Below are positions 10,746-20,160 of a stretch of 64,000 nucleotides of DNA, in pieces. Origin of the DNA: Deltaproteobacteria bacterium (GTDB lineage Bacteria > Desulfobacterota > Syntrophia > Syntrophales > UBA2185); NCBI GenBank assembly GCA_026388545.1, contig JAPLJS010000114.1, forward strand, positions 94,737 through 158,736. The letters are read 5' to 3'. Position 1 is the first letter of the stretch. Every line of letters starts with the position of its first letter. Under the pieces are notes generated by a model, which made no database searches, was not told the origin of the DNA, and worked only from the letters and a program-made list of their open reading frames with translations. Position numbers and translations under genes: made by a program.

Positions 10746-10850
10746 TTACATTTTCCCAGCTTATATTTCCATAGGGAGTAACCTTGATCAACATAGCCAA
10801 ATGTCTTATTTATTCGTCAGGGAATGGATGATAAGTAACAGCGAAGAGAA
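10746..10850. promoter_or_regulatory. Conserved upstream element, copy A (upstream of gspG-gspD)
   Basis: About 100 nt, roughly three-quarters identical by eye to 29242..29345, in the same orientation. Shared blocks: TTACATTT, GCTT, ATAGGGA, CTTGATC, CAAAT, TCTTA, TCAGGGAATGG. Confidence 0.5.
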
Positions 10851-11055
10851 ATGTTGGTTCTATTCCGATCAGAGGGCGCCTGACTAAAAGGCCTTGCGCC
10901 TCTGCAGGCACATGAAGGGCTCACCTCCCCGTACTAGAAATCACGCCTGCCGCTATAAATTAAGGACTTTCGAAGGTATAAATCAGGTTATTCCTGATTG
11001 TGAATCGTTGCATAATTTTGTATTCATGATTACAAGGGCAAGGGAAGGAATAACC

Positions 11056-11295
11056 ATGGAACCTAAAATAGCACAAAAGGGACCTTACTTGATGGAGTTG
11101 AAAGCCGGCAAATATTATTGGTGCAGCTGTGGTCATTCTCAATCGCAGCCATTCTGTAACGGCTTACACGCAAAGCTCAACACAGCCATGACTCCCGTGG
11201 AAACGGTTATCGCTAAAGATACAGTAGTAGCGTGGTGTGGCTGTAAACGGACTGGAGCTCCGCCGTTCTGCGACAGTACGCATAATTATCTATAG
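11056..11295 (+). CDS. CDGSH-type iron-sulfur domain protein
   Basis: Two CDGSH-like motifs: CSCGHSQSQPFCNGLH and CGCKRTGAPPFCDSTH. ATG at 11056; the upstream part of the track ORF looks non-coding. Confidence 0.75.
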   Translation: MEPKIAQKGPYLMELKAGKYYWCSCGHSQSQPFCNGLHAKLNTAMTPVETVIAKDTVVAWCGCKRTGAPPFCDSTHNYL

Positions 11296-11621
11296 AAGAT
11301 CATGGAAGATGATGTCCTTTATGGCAGGCACTGCCATTCGTGCTTCAGATAAAATGGAAAATATCTTCAGTGATTGAGACCTTTCTTAATACTTGCAGAA
11401 CTCCACGACTTCCGGTTCCCCATGAAATACGCAATGTGCGAAAGATTCACTTTCTCTCAGGGCCTTACGCCTGATTGCCATAATCTATAAGGATTTTCAA
11501 AGTCATAAATAAAGATATTCCTGATGGTAAAGCACACCACCATTATGTTTAACTAAACAAGAAAGTTGAGAATGCTGACTTTTGAAGAAACGTACTTTAA
11601 AATGAAAGGGGAAAGTATGGT

Positions 11622-12107
11622 ATGAAAAAATGCATCTTTATTATTATAGTCTTGTTAATTATCTCGATTCTGCCATTACCACTTTATGCTCAAGGGCATA
11701 AGGGGCAAAAATCTATAAGTAAAAAAGATGTAGCATCCGCTTCAGGAAAAGAACAAGCAAAGGCTTATTCTCCAATGCCCGATCCCGGTAAAAAGGTCCC
11801 GATCGGGAGCGGCTATTATTTGATATACAGCTTTGACAAGAAGCCCAAGCTGGGCACATTAATCATGAAGGTCGAGATTTTTACCGATGAGGGCAAAAAA
11901 GACACCTCTTTCGAGGCTAAGGCCGATGCCGGTATGCCTTCCATGAAAGGCGCCCATGAAACAGGAAACCGGACATTTAAACTTTCCAAAAGAGGGGATT
12001 ATCTCCTGCCGATAAGTATTGTCATGCCCGGTGACTGGGAGATAAGGCTCACTATATTAAAGGACGGAAAAGTTATTTTCAGGGGCAGCTGCAACTTCGA
12101 TGTATAG
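11622..12107 (+). CDS. FixH/YtkA-like secreted protein
   Basis: Signal peptide. Pattern ...KPKLGTLIMKVEIF...ADAGMPSMKGAH...LPISIVMPGDWEIRL resembles YtkA/FixH-type domains. Confidence 0.5.
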   Translation: MKKCIFIIIVLLIISILPLPLYAQGHKGQKSISKKDVASASGKEQAKAYSPMPDPGKKVPIGSGYYLIYSFDKKPKLGTLIMKVEIFTDEGKKDTSFEAKADAGMPSMKGAHETGNRTFKLSKRGDYLLPISIVMPGDWEIRLTILKDGKVIFRGSCNFDV

Positions 12108-13101
12108 AACCGTTATCATATGCGTGGCCCTGATATTCATGACCGGTATGGCGCAGGCGGCGAACCAGCTCCTCTATTTCGAAGCGCAGGGAATTGCCGG
12201 TTATTCGTCTGAGATTAAAAAAAAGATCTATTCCTCGATGAACCCGGATGCGGAGATGCAGAAGCCGAGCCTGGGCTTTGATTACTTAAAACGATTTTCC
12301 GGCGAGTCCGGAGATTGGGCTACCTTTGCGCTTCAGGGCCGTCTGGCCCTGACACAGGATCTTGAAAGCAATGAGAATGGGAACGCATATAAGTTAGAGC
12401 CTCAGGTATATAACGCCTATCTGAAAACGAAGACACCCTGGACTTATGTCTGGGTCGGACATAACCGTCCCGCTTTTGGGCTTTCCTCCTATTTCGACAG
12501 CCACGGCCTCATACTGCGGACCCTTGCCATACAGGGTTTCGGTTATGACCGTGACTGGGGAGGCGGGCTCTACAGAGACTTCTCATGGGGGGATGTTTCA
12601 GCCTCCGTCACGACAGGATCAGGGATGCCTGTATATTTCAAAGGGGGCAATTATATGACGGCCGCCAGGGTCTCGTATGGCGTGCAGAGTCAGGATAACT
12701 TCAATTTAGGTTTTTCCCTGGGTTATGGCAGTACGCTTGATACAATGGGGTATACACTGAGGGATCCGGAGCCCCGGGAGATGAGGCTTGCGGGAGCCGA
12801 CCTGACCATCCTCAGGGATAACCTTGAACACCGTTTTGATCTGCTTGCCGGGACTTGGCTCGACAAGGATACATATTCCTTGTTTTACCGTTTCGGCGTG
12901 AACCTGGACCAGGAAGGTCGGCTTAAGATAGAGGCCCAGCCGACATACTGGAAGTTCGGGGAAGAAAATAATTATCAACTGTCACTCTGTTTTTCAAGTC
13001 AGGTGACCTCAAATTTGACGGTTCGTTTAGGTTATACTTACGATCATAACGCTGACGACAACAGGGTACTTTTGCAACTTTATTACTATCGACCGATATG
13101 A
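12100..13101 (+). CDS. Putative outer-membrane beta-barrel protein
   Basis: Signal peptide (MAQA|AN), alternating aromatic/Gly-rich strands and a Tyr-rich C-terminus. Overlaps the upstream gene by 8 nt. Confidence 0.4.
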   Translation: MYRTVIICVALIFMTGMAQAANQLLYFEAQGIAGYSSEIKKKIYSSMNPDAEMQKPSLGFDYLKRFSGESGDWATFALQGRLALTQDLESNENGNAYKLEPQVYNAYLKTKTPWTYVWVGHNRPAFGLSSYFDSHGLILRTLAIQGFGYDRDWGGGLYRDFSWGDVSASVTTGSGMPVYFKGGNYMTAARVSYGVQSQDNFNLGFSLGYGSTLDTMGYTLRDPEPREMRLAGADLTILRDNLEHRFDLLAGTWLDKDTYSLFYRFGVNLDQEGRLKIEAQPTYWKFGEENNYQLSLCFSSQVTSNLTVRLGYTYDHNADDNRVLLQLYYYRPI

Positions 13102-13769
13102 AATCAAGATTACCGGACATTTACAGAATGAGAAAAACAAAGGTTACCCTTTTGATTAGGCACACGATATTAGCAATTTTCCTTGTCCTTGCCGGCTACA
13201 CAGCCCTCTGGGCTGCGGTAGGTTGCGATCTGAATGACCCTGACCGTGATGTGGCAAGGCTCTTCCCGGAATCCACAGGGTATAGGACGGTTTATACCTC
13301 GATTTTGAAAAAGGGCGGAGAAAAGCTCCTGGTGACGGTAGAAACGCGACTTGGGGAGAAATTCCGGGGCATTTTTGAAACCATCGACGTGCCCTATACA
13401 ATCTATGAGATTTTCAATAATAAGAAGAAAATCGGATATATACATGGAGTAAACCAGAAGGGCCAGTTCGGGGGCATCCAGGTATTCGTGGTGCTTGACC
13501 TCGAAGGACGGATAAAAGGTTTTTATATACAGAAAATGACAAGCAAGTATGCCGGGAAATTACGCGATGCGAGATTCGGCAGGCAGTTCATCGGTCTGAC
13601 CCTCAAGGATTTTAACTATTACGATGTTGTTTCAGGAAAGGCATCCGGAAAGGTCGATAGGATAAAGAACCCGGCGCCTGAAGCGGAAGCAGATTTCAGG
13701 GCCGCACTCAGGGCCACGAAAAAGAATCTTATCCTTATGGATGAGTTTGTCTATTCGTCCAAGCCTTAA
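13098..13769 (+). CDS. Membrane-anchored FMN_bind-like (NosR/RnfG-type) domain protein
   Basis: N-terminal TM helix. GYIHGVNQKGQFGGIQVFVVLDLEGRIKGFYIQ and FGRQFIGL resemble FMN_bind domains. The position of the SGAT flavinylation motif reads VSGKASG. ATGA overlap with the upstream gene. Confidence 0.4.
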   Translation: MKSRLPDIYRMRKTKVTLLIRHTILAIFLVLAGYTALWAAVGCDLNDPDRDVARLFPESTGYRTVYTSILKKGGEKLLVTVETRLGEKFRGIFETIDVPYTIYEIFNNKKKIGYIHGVNQKGQFGGIQVFVVLDLEGRIKGFYIQKMTSKYAGKLRDARFGRQFIGLTLKDFNYYDVVSGKASGKVDRIKNPAPEAEADFRAALRATKKNLILMDEFVYSSKP

Positions 13770-13792
13770 TCTTATCCGGGAGGTTCTCAAAA

Positions 13793-14986
13793 ATGATCAC
13801 AAAATTTCAGGTTGCGTATAAAAACCTGCTCAGAAAAAAAATCCGCAGTCTTCTTACCCTGATCGGCATTGCCCTTTCCTCATGGGTGCTTGTAAGCCTG
13901 CTGGGCTTCAATCAGGGCTACGAAGCCTCACTCAATAAAGACATAGACAACATGGGCTTTCAGTTGATGATCATGGCCAAAGGATGCCCGTATGAGGCGG
14001 CCACCATGATGCTGAAGGGAGGAACAGGGCTCCGTTATATGGATGAGTCCATTATGAAGGACATCGTTAAAGAGCCGGAAGTAGATAAGATCACGCCGAT
14101 CCTTATGTCGGCCGTCTTCGATCCGAATAAAGGGGAAAGCGGTGGGATAGCCGGATACTTTGGCATAGAACCAAAGAGCTTTGCCGAAATGAAGCCCTTT
14201 CTCAAATTCAGGCAGGGGGGCTGGTTTGCCGATGAAAATTCCTATGAGACCGTCATGGGGTTCGAGGCGGCCGAGCTTGAGCAGCGAGAGGTAGGCGACA
14301 TGATCCTCATGCCCGAGATGAACGTCGAATTCAAGGTGGTGGGCATACTGGAAAGGACAGGCACACAGGATGATGGGACCATCTTTGTACCCCTCAAGAC
14401 GCTGCAAAAGATATTTAACAGACCCGATGAAATTACCACAATAGGCATCAAATTGAAAAAGGGCGTCGACAGCGGCCCCCTCGAGGAAAAGCTGTATCAG
14501 CTCCCCGATGTGCAGATAGTGAGCCTGGCGCAGGTGAAAGAGACCATCATGAAGCTTATTTCCACAGCCAAGGTAATGGTACTTTCGATCGCCGTCATTG
14601 CTATTTTGATCGCTATGGTCGGCGTCATAAATACGATCCTGACATCGGTATGGGAAAGATTCCAGGAAATCGGCATTCTGAAGACCGTCGGCGCTATGCC
14701 CTGGGACATATTCAAATTGATCTGGATCGAGACCCTGATCCTCTGCACGACGGGAGGCGTCGTTGGTATTATTCTGGCGCTGATACTTGCGCGCGTAACG
14801 GATATAGTGATGCGCAGTCTGCTGCCTTACGCCCCCGGCGGAGGTCTCGTGCTCATAGACCTGAAACTTGTACTGGTCACGTTGGCCGGAATCATTTGTA
14901 TCGGCCTTCTCAGCGGCGTTTATCCCGCCTGGAAGGCCGGAAGGATCAGGCCCTTAGAGGCCATCAGGGGGGAGGCCGGCAGATGA
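13793..14986 (+). CDS. ABC transporter permease, FtsX/MacB/LolE type
   Basis: 397 aa with TM1, a large periplasmic domain and three C-terminal TMs (FtsX-like), ending ...AWKAGRIRPLEAIR. Confidence 0.85.
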   Translation: MITKFQVAYKNLLRKKIRSLLTLIGIALSSWVLVSLLGFNQGYEASLNKDIDNMGFQLMIMAKGCPYEAATMMLKGGTGLRYMDESIMKDIVKEPEVDKITPILMSAVFDPNKGESGGIAGYFGIEPKSFAEMKPFLKFRQGGWFADENSYETVMGFEAAELEQREVGDMILMPEMNVEFKVVGILERTGTQDDGTIFVPLKTLQKIFNRPDEITTIGIKLKKGVDSGPLEEKLYQLPDVQIVSLAQVKETIMKLISTAKVMVLSIAVIAILIAMVGVINTILTSVWERFQEIGILKTVGAMPWDIFKLIWIETLILCTTGGVVGIILALILARVTDIVMRSLLPYAPGGGLVLIDLKLVLVTLAGIICIGLLSGVYPAWKAGRIRPLEAIRGEAGR

Positions 14987-15729
14987 GAGAAAACGGTATA
15001 TCGATCACAGCAACAAACCTGACAAAGGTCTATCCCCGTGGAAATGAAAAAGTCATTTCCGTCAATAATGTTTCATTCGAGATACTCAAAGGGGATTTCG
15101 TATCTATCATCGGTCCATCGGGGTCTGGCAAAACCACACTGATCAATCTTCTGGGCTGCCTCGACAATCCGACGGCCGGAGAACTTTACCTCGGAGGCCG
15201 GTCGATCTTCGGCAACGGGAAACGTCTTTCGGAACGGGAACTGACGAAAATAAGGAGGGAGACATTCGGATATATTTTCCAGAATTTCTATCTCATCCCC
15301 ACCCTGACCGTCATGGAGAACGTCATGCTGCCGCTCACATTCTACCGAAAACCCGGTACGGAGCATGAGGCGATCAAACTATTGAAACTCCTCGGGCTGG
15401 ACCACCGGCTGGACCACCTCCCGGACCAGATCTCGGGTGGTGAGATGCAGCGGGTCGCCATAGCCAGGGCCATGGTGAATATGCCTGAAATCCTTCTCGC
15501 CGATGAGCCTACGGGAAACCTGGATACGAAACGGTCAGAAGAAATTGTGAATGTCCTAAAGGGGCTTAACAGGGATGTGGGATTGACAATCATCATGGTC
15601 ACACACAACCAGAAATGGGCCCGGTATGCAGACCGGATGTTCGAGATGCGAGATGGCCAGATTTATCAGATTGATCGTGAATCAAACAAATATATTGAAA
15701 CAGAGCAACAGCGGGCCTGTAGTGAATAG
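14983..15729 (+). CDS. ABC transporter ATP-binding protein (MacB/LolD type)
   Basis: Walker A GPSGSGKTT, signature LSGGEMQRVAIARA, Walker B ILLADEPTGNLD. The ATG at 14983 overlaps the permease stop (ATGA); the track's longer ORF is an out-of-gene extension. Confidence 0.9.
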   Translation: MRENGISITATNLTKVYPRGNEKVISVNNVSFEILKGDFVSIIGPSGSGKTTLINLLGCLDNPTAGELYLGGRSIFGNGKRLSERELTKIRRETFGYIFQNFYLIPTLTVMENVMLPLTFYRKPGTEHEAIKLLKLLGLDHRLDHLPDQISGGEMQRVAIARAMVNMPEILLADEPTGNLDTKRSEEIVNVLKGLNRDVGLTIIMVTHNQKWARYADRMFEMRDGQIYQIDRESNKYIETEQQRACSE

Positions 15730-15784
15730 GCCATTAAGATACATCGACATATTATTACTCCGGCAACAAAATATCTAAAATTCC

Positions 15785-15848
15785 GTCATTCCGGCGAAAG
15801 CCTGAATCTACTGAAAAGACTGGATGCCGGATCAAGTCCGGCATGACA
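15785..15848. repeat. Bipartite REP-like element (GTCATTCC...GAATC / CTGGAT...CATGACA family)
   Basis: Same family as 31987..32011, 38225..38294, 57556..57604 and 59343..59414. Variants at 4026..4060 and about 6150..6240. Confidence 0.6.
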
Positions 15849-15883
15849 ATCTTTGACATGTTTACTTGCCGGAGGAATAAAAA

Positions 15884-16429
15884 ATGAGGAGGAATACGAT
15901 GAAAAAAATGTATATTCCGAGTATTGTATTGGTTGTCTGTTTCATCTTCGGAGGAATGGCCTATGCCCAGACAAATGATGACGTCAATCTTCATAAAGCA
16001 TGCTGCTATTGCGGTATGGACAGGGGCAGTTTCAATTTTTCCCGCATGGTGATCGAATATAATGATGGAACTGTCAATGGCATATGCAGCATCCATTGTG
16101 CTGCCATAGACCTGGCAAACAACATCGATAAGACGCCGAAATCGATTAAGGTCGGCGATTTTAATGGAAGACAGCTTATCGATGCAGAAAAAGCCTTTTG
16201 GGTTATTGGAGGTAAGAAGCCCGGGGTTATGTCCAAGAGGGGAAAATGGGCCTTTGAAAAAAAGGATGATGCAGAGAACTTCGTGAAGACAAACGAGGGG
16301 AAGCTCGCCTCCTTTGAAGAGGCAATGAAAGCGGCCTATGAAGATATGTACGCAGACACTAAAATGATAAGGGAAAAAAGGAAAGCGAAGCGGATGAAGA
16401 TGATGGAGCACAAACCTGATGCTCGCTGA
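15884..16429 (+). CDS. NosL-family (copper-chaperone-like) lipoprotein/secreted protein, copy 1
   Basis: Signal peptide, CCYCGMDR metal-site-like motif, NosL-like core and a Lys/Met-rich tail. Confidence 0.65.
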   Translation: MRRNTMKKMYIPSIVLVVCFIFGGMAYAQTNDDVNLHKACCYCGMDRGSFNFSRMVIEYNDGTVNGICSIHCAAIDLANNIDKTPKSIKVGDFNGRQLIDAEKAFWVIGGKKPGVMSKRGKWAFEKKDDAENFVKTNEGKLASFEEAMKAAYEDMYADTKMIREKRKAKRMKMMEHKPDAR

Positions 16430-16448
16430 CAGTGGGGCAGGAGGTCAA

Positions 16449-16925
16449 ATGAAAAGAGTCATGTCTTGGGTAATCATTCTTTGTCTTGTTGCCGTTTCAT
16501 TGGCAGAGGGATCTGATACTACAACTCTTCCACCAAAAGATAAATGCCCTGTCTGCGGAATGTTCGTTTCAATGTTTGCCGACTGGAATGCCCGGATCGC
16601 GTTTAAAGACTCAACACGTGCAATATTTGACGGATCCAAGGATATGTTTAAGTATTACTTGGATATAAAAAAATATAATCCGTCAAAAAGTAAAGAAGAA
16701 GTGACTGCAATTATTGTGAAGGATTACTATTCCAAAACGGATATCGACGCTCTGCAGGCATTTTTTGTGATTTGGAGCGATGTGTATGGTCCAATGGGTC
16801 ATGAACCCATACCTTTTGAAAAAGAAGTCGATGCGAAGAAGTTCCTGTGCGAGCATAAAGGTAAAGACATTCTCAGGTTCAAGGATATCAGCACAGATAT
16901 GATTACATCACTCGATAATCCCTGA
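16449..16925 (+). CDS. NosL-family protein, copy 2
   Basis: Signal peptide, CPVCGMFV motif and ...FDGSKDMFKYY...GPMGHEPIPF, typical of the NosL family. ATG at 16449. Confidence 0.7.
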   Translation: MKRVMSWVIILCLVAVSLAEGSDTTTLPPKDKCPVCGMFVSMFADWNARIAFKDSTRAIFDGSKDMFKYYLDIKKYNPSKSKEEVTAIIVKDYYSKTDIDALQAFFVIWSDVYGPMGHEPIPFEKEVDAKKFLCEHKGKDILRFKDISTDMITSLDNP

Positions 16926-16967
16926 AGACAAGATCTTACTGGAATGGAGCTTCCTGACGTGCATACA

Positions 16968-17621
16968 TCAATCATCGAGTGTAACCAATCCCTCTCGAAT
17001 GGCGTGTTTCGTAATCTCAGCGATGCTATACATATTCAGTTTCTCCATGATATTCCGTCGATGGGTTTCGACGGTCTTGATGCTCAGATATAAATGAGCG
17101 GCGATTTCCTTCGCTGTCATACCCTCCGCAATCAGTTGCAGGACTTCGCGTTCCCTCGGACTCAGTATGGAATGTGTTTTCAGGGAAGAAGTATGCACTT
17201 TGTTGAGATATCCCTTCACAACCACGTCTGCAATGCTTGGGCTCAGATAGGTATGTCCCGTTGTAACCTGACGAATGGCAGTGGCAAGCTCACTAAAGGC
17301 GCAATCCTTCAGCAGGTAGCCCGATGCGCCGGCTTCCAGCATACCGAGTACAAACCGGCGGTCCGAGTGCATGGAGAGACCAATCACCTTTACATTAGAC
17401 AATCCGGCCATGATTTTTCGAGTGGCATCTATCCCATTCATATCCGGCATGCTTACATCCATAACGATGACGTTGGGCGCCAGCTTCTCAGCCAGCTTGA
17501 CTGCTTTTCTGCCGTTTTCCGCTTCGGCAACAACCTCCATCCCTGCTTCTTTTTCTATCAGGGTGCGCAGGCCATCGCGAATAATCTTGTGATCATCGGC
17601 AAGAAGAACTCTGATGGTCAT
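16968..17621 (-). CDS. NarL/LuxR-family response regulator
   Basis: REC domain (VLLADDH...VMDVSMPDMNG) plus a LuxR-type HTH (LSPREREVLQLIAEGMTAKEIA). Overlaps the kinase stop by 4 nt. Confidence 0.9.
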   Translation of the reverse strand: MTIRVLLADDHKIIRDGLRTLIEKEAGMEVVAEAENGRKAVKLAEKLAPNVIVMDVSMPDMNGIDATRKIMAGLSNVKVIGLSMHSDRRFVLGMLEAGASGYLLKDCAFSELATAIRQVTTGHTYLSPSIADVVVKGYLNKVHTSSLKTHSILSPREREVLQLIAEGMTAKEIAAHLYLSIKTVETHRRNIMEKLNMYSIAEITKHAIREGLVTLDD

Positions 17622-20122
17622 TTTTTATACCTCCTTTTTTTCGGGTTTTTCCGTGGCGCCACGAGTGTGACACAGGTACCATATCCCCTGCCGCTTCTGA
17701 TCTCTACGAGGCCACCGATATGTTTAATGCGCTCCTTTATGCTGAGAAGACCAAAACCCCCGGTTTCTTTTGTTGTCTCATCGATAGTGGAGATATCAAA
17801 GCCAATCCCTTTATCTTTAACGGTAATCCGGATGTTTTTGCCTGCCGTCTGAAGAGTGAGATAAGCTGTGCTTGCCCTCGCATGTTTGACAACATTCAGG
17901 AGCAGTTCTCTCACGGCCCTATAGAGGAGCACCTGAACTTCTTCATCGATATCGCGCTTTTTAAGATCATCATTCAGGATAATCTGAAGACCGTAGTCGG
18001 CCTCCATCTGTTCGCTCAGCCAATCGATGGCTTCGGTGAATCCAAGCTCATAGAGAATGGAAGGACTGAGTTCTGTCATCAGCGACCTTGCCTGTTGAAT
18101 GGATTGGTTGACGAGATCCCCGATTTGATCCAGGATGATCGTGAATTCATGCTTTGAAGCCAGCTGCTTTAGGGATTCCAATTTGATTTTGGTCAGGGCC
18201 AGGGTTTGCCCGATATTGTCATGGAGATCAATAGAGATTTTCCGCCGTTCCCGCTCCTCCGTCATAATTAGTTCCGTCGTAAGCAATCCAAGCTGTTCAT
18301 TGATATCTTTGAGATTCTTTTCCGCATCCACCAGCTCGGAAATATCGACCATGGTTCCCTCAATCATTATCAGATCACCCTTATATTTACGGGCACTTGC
18401 ATTTAAGAGGACCCATATGCGTTTTCCATCCTTGTGCTGGAGAGAAAGCTTATAATTTCTGAGGATTTTCTTTTCCAGAAGATCATGGATATAATTTTTA
18501 AACTCGTGACCAGAAGAGAAAATATCTTTTATATCGAGGCCTGACGCATCTTCCCGCCTGTCGTAGCCCAGCATCCTCGCGTGGGCTTCGTTGCAGTCGA
18601 TACGCCGGGCATCTCTGGTGGACGGATTATAAATGGTGCGAAAACTTCCGGCTACGCTGTTTTGAAAGAACTGGTGGTATAGAGTCTCCGATTCATGAAT
18701 GGCCTCTTCCATTTTTATATGGTCTGTCATGTCGCGGGCGGCGGCTAAGATACCCTTGATGTCCCCTGACTCGTTTCGGTACAACGATGCATTGTAAAGC
18801 ACCTCCATCACCCTTCCCGAAACATTCCGGATAGCCAGCGGATAATCGCGGACAAAACCTTTTGAGAAAACCTCCTGGTATCCCTTCCGCGCCATGTCCG
18901 GTTCTGTGAAATAATCAGCAAAATCGCTACCGATCAATCGTTCACGGGACAGACCTGTTGCGTTCTCTGTCGCTTTGTTAACGTCCATGATCTTGCCGTC
19001 AGAACTGATCGTCACAAGGGGGTCGAGGCTAGCCTCGATGAGACTGCGGGCATAGAGGGCATCATCGAGACGCTTCCGTTCGGCCCGCTTGAGCTCCGTT
19101 ATATCCTGGTTGACGACTATGGCGCCTGTAACGTTGCCCTCTTCATTGATCAGAGGCACCGCTGAGTGAAGAATAAATTTGTGGGACCCGTCAAAACACT
19201 CAATTTCGATCTCTTCATTGAGGGAGATCTCCCCTTTCGTTACAGCCCTCGCTGCTCTCCACTCATGTGGTTTTATCAGCTTTCCCGTGTCAATCCACCA
19301 ACACTTATACTCGCCGTAGCGCTCGATATCCACATACCTGGCTCCGCCCCAGATTTCCTGACTTGCACGATTTCCCGAGATGATTTTCCCATTGTGGTCT
19401 ACTATCAAGACACCGACTGGCAGATTTTCCATTATTTTCTGCAGGAGTGTCTCGCTCTTTTTTAATGACCCCTCAATAGATATCCTTTCAGTGGTTTCTT
19501 GTTTGACCTTATCTTTTACCTTATCCAGCTCCCGTGTCCGCTCCTGCACTCGTTGATCCAGTTCTTCGTTTAGCTTGCGGATTTCGTCCTCAGCCCATTT
19601 GCGTTCGGTTATGTCATAATTGATCCCTGTCATGCGCAGGGGCCTGCCCTCTGAATCCCGAATAACCAATCCATGAGCCTTAAGAATCCTTATAGTGCCA
19701 TCCGGCCAAAGGATCCGAAACTCGGTATTGTATTCTTTCTCACCGCGCAATGCCTGCTTTGAAATCTCATGACTAGCGGCACGGTCATCAGGGTGGACTC
19801 CTTTGAGCCAGGCCTCATATGCGCCAGAAAAGTCTTCCTTGCTGATGCCATAGAGCCCATACATCCGATCATCCCAGATCAACTCATTCTTCTGGATGTC
19901 CCAGTCCCAGACTCCAATGTTAGCAGCATCGACAGCCAGGTTAAATCTTTCGTACATCCGGCTCAGCTCTTCGTTCTGCTTTTCGAGTTCAATCCGGTAA
20001 ACCTGCAATTCATGGACATGCTTGTGGATATCTTCATCAGGTTTCTTTTGTGATGTCTTCTTCCGGGAAATAAGCTTTGCTTCTGTCTTTCCGCGGAGTT
20101 CGTTAGATCGTCTTGTTTCCAT
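17618..20122 (-). CDS. Cytoplasmic multi-PAS sensor histidine kinase (HisKA_3/NarX-type)
   Basis: 834 aa with an N-terminal coiled coil, several PAS/PAC repeats, an H-box ISIDLHDNIGQTL and a HATPase_c domain. No TM segment seen. Starts 39 nt after the T2SS gspC-like gene. Confidence 0.85.
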   Translation of the reverse strand: METRRSNELRGKTEAKLISRKKTSQKKPDEDIHKHVHELQVYRIELEKQNEELSRMYERFNLAVDAANIGVWDWDIQKNELIWDDRMYGLYGISKEDFSGAYEAWLKGVHPDDRAASHEISKQALRGEKEYNTEFRILWPDGTIRILKAHGLVIRDSEGRPLRMTGINYDITERKWAEDEIRKLNEELDQRVQERTRELDKVKDKVKQETTERISIEGSLKKSETLLQKIMENLPVGVLIVDHNGKIISGNRASQEIWGGARYVDIERYGEYKCWWIDTGKLIKPHEWRAARAVTKGEISLNEEIEIECFDGSHKFILHSAVPLINEEGNVTGAIVVNQDITELKRAERKRLDDALYARSLIEASLDPLVTISSDGKIMDVNKATENATGLSRERLIGSDFADYFTEPDMARKGYQEVFSKGFVRDYPLAIRNVSGRVMEVLYNASLYRNESGDIKGILAAARDMTDHIKMEEAIHESETLYHQFFQNSVAGSFRTIYNPSTRDARRIDCNEAHARMLGYDRREDASGLDIKDIFSSGHEFKNYIHDLLEKKILRNYKLSLQHKDGKRIWVLLNASARKYKGDLIMIEGTMVDISELVDAEKNLKDINEQLGLLTTELIMTEERERRKISIDLHDNIGQTLALTKIKLESLKQLASKHEFTIILDQIGDLVNQSIQQARSLMTELSPSILYELGFTEAIDWLSEQMEADYGLQIILNDDLKKRDIDEEVQVLLYRAVRELLLNVVKHARASTAYLTLQTAGKNIRITVKDKGIGFDISTIDETTKETGGFGLLSIKERIKHIGGLVEIRSGRGYGTCVTLVAPRKNPKKRRYKK

Positions 20123-20160
20123 TGTTCAAACCCATTTTGATTATTTTCCAAGGCGGAGGT

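Noticed and set aside
10746-10850. The shared T2SS upstream element as a GEMM-I (c-di-GMP/cGAMP) riboswitch or a sigma-54 promoter.
   Set aside because: I could not find the GEMM consensus (GGCAAACC...GGGACGCAAAGCC) on either strand, nor TGGCAC-N5-TTGC spacing. The function is left open.
14650-14982. The N-terminal 111-aa extension of the ABC ATPase ORF in the track (start at 14650).
   Set aside because: It lies out of frame inside the permease gene and is Arg/Pro-rich. The ATG at 14983 gives ATGA coupling and a normal ABC N-terminus.
15755-16411. A 218-aa minus-strand ORF opposite the first NosL gene.
   Set aside because: It is antisense to a gene with a clear signal peptide and CxxCGM motif. 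It has no RBS or domain support.
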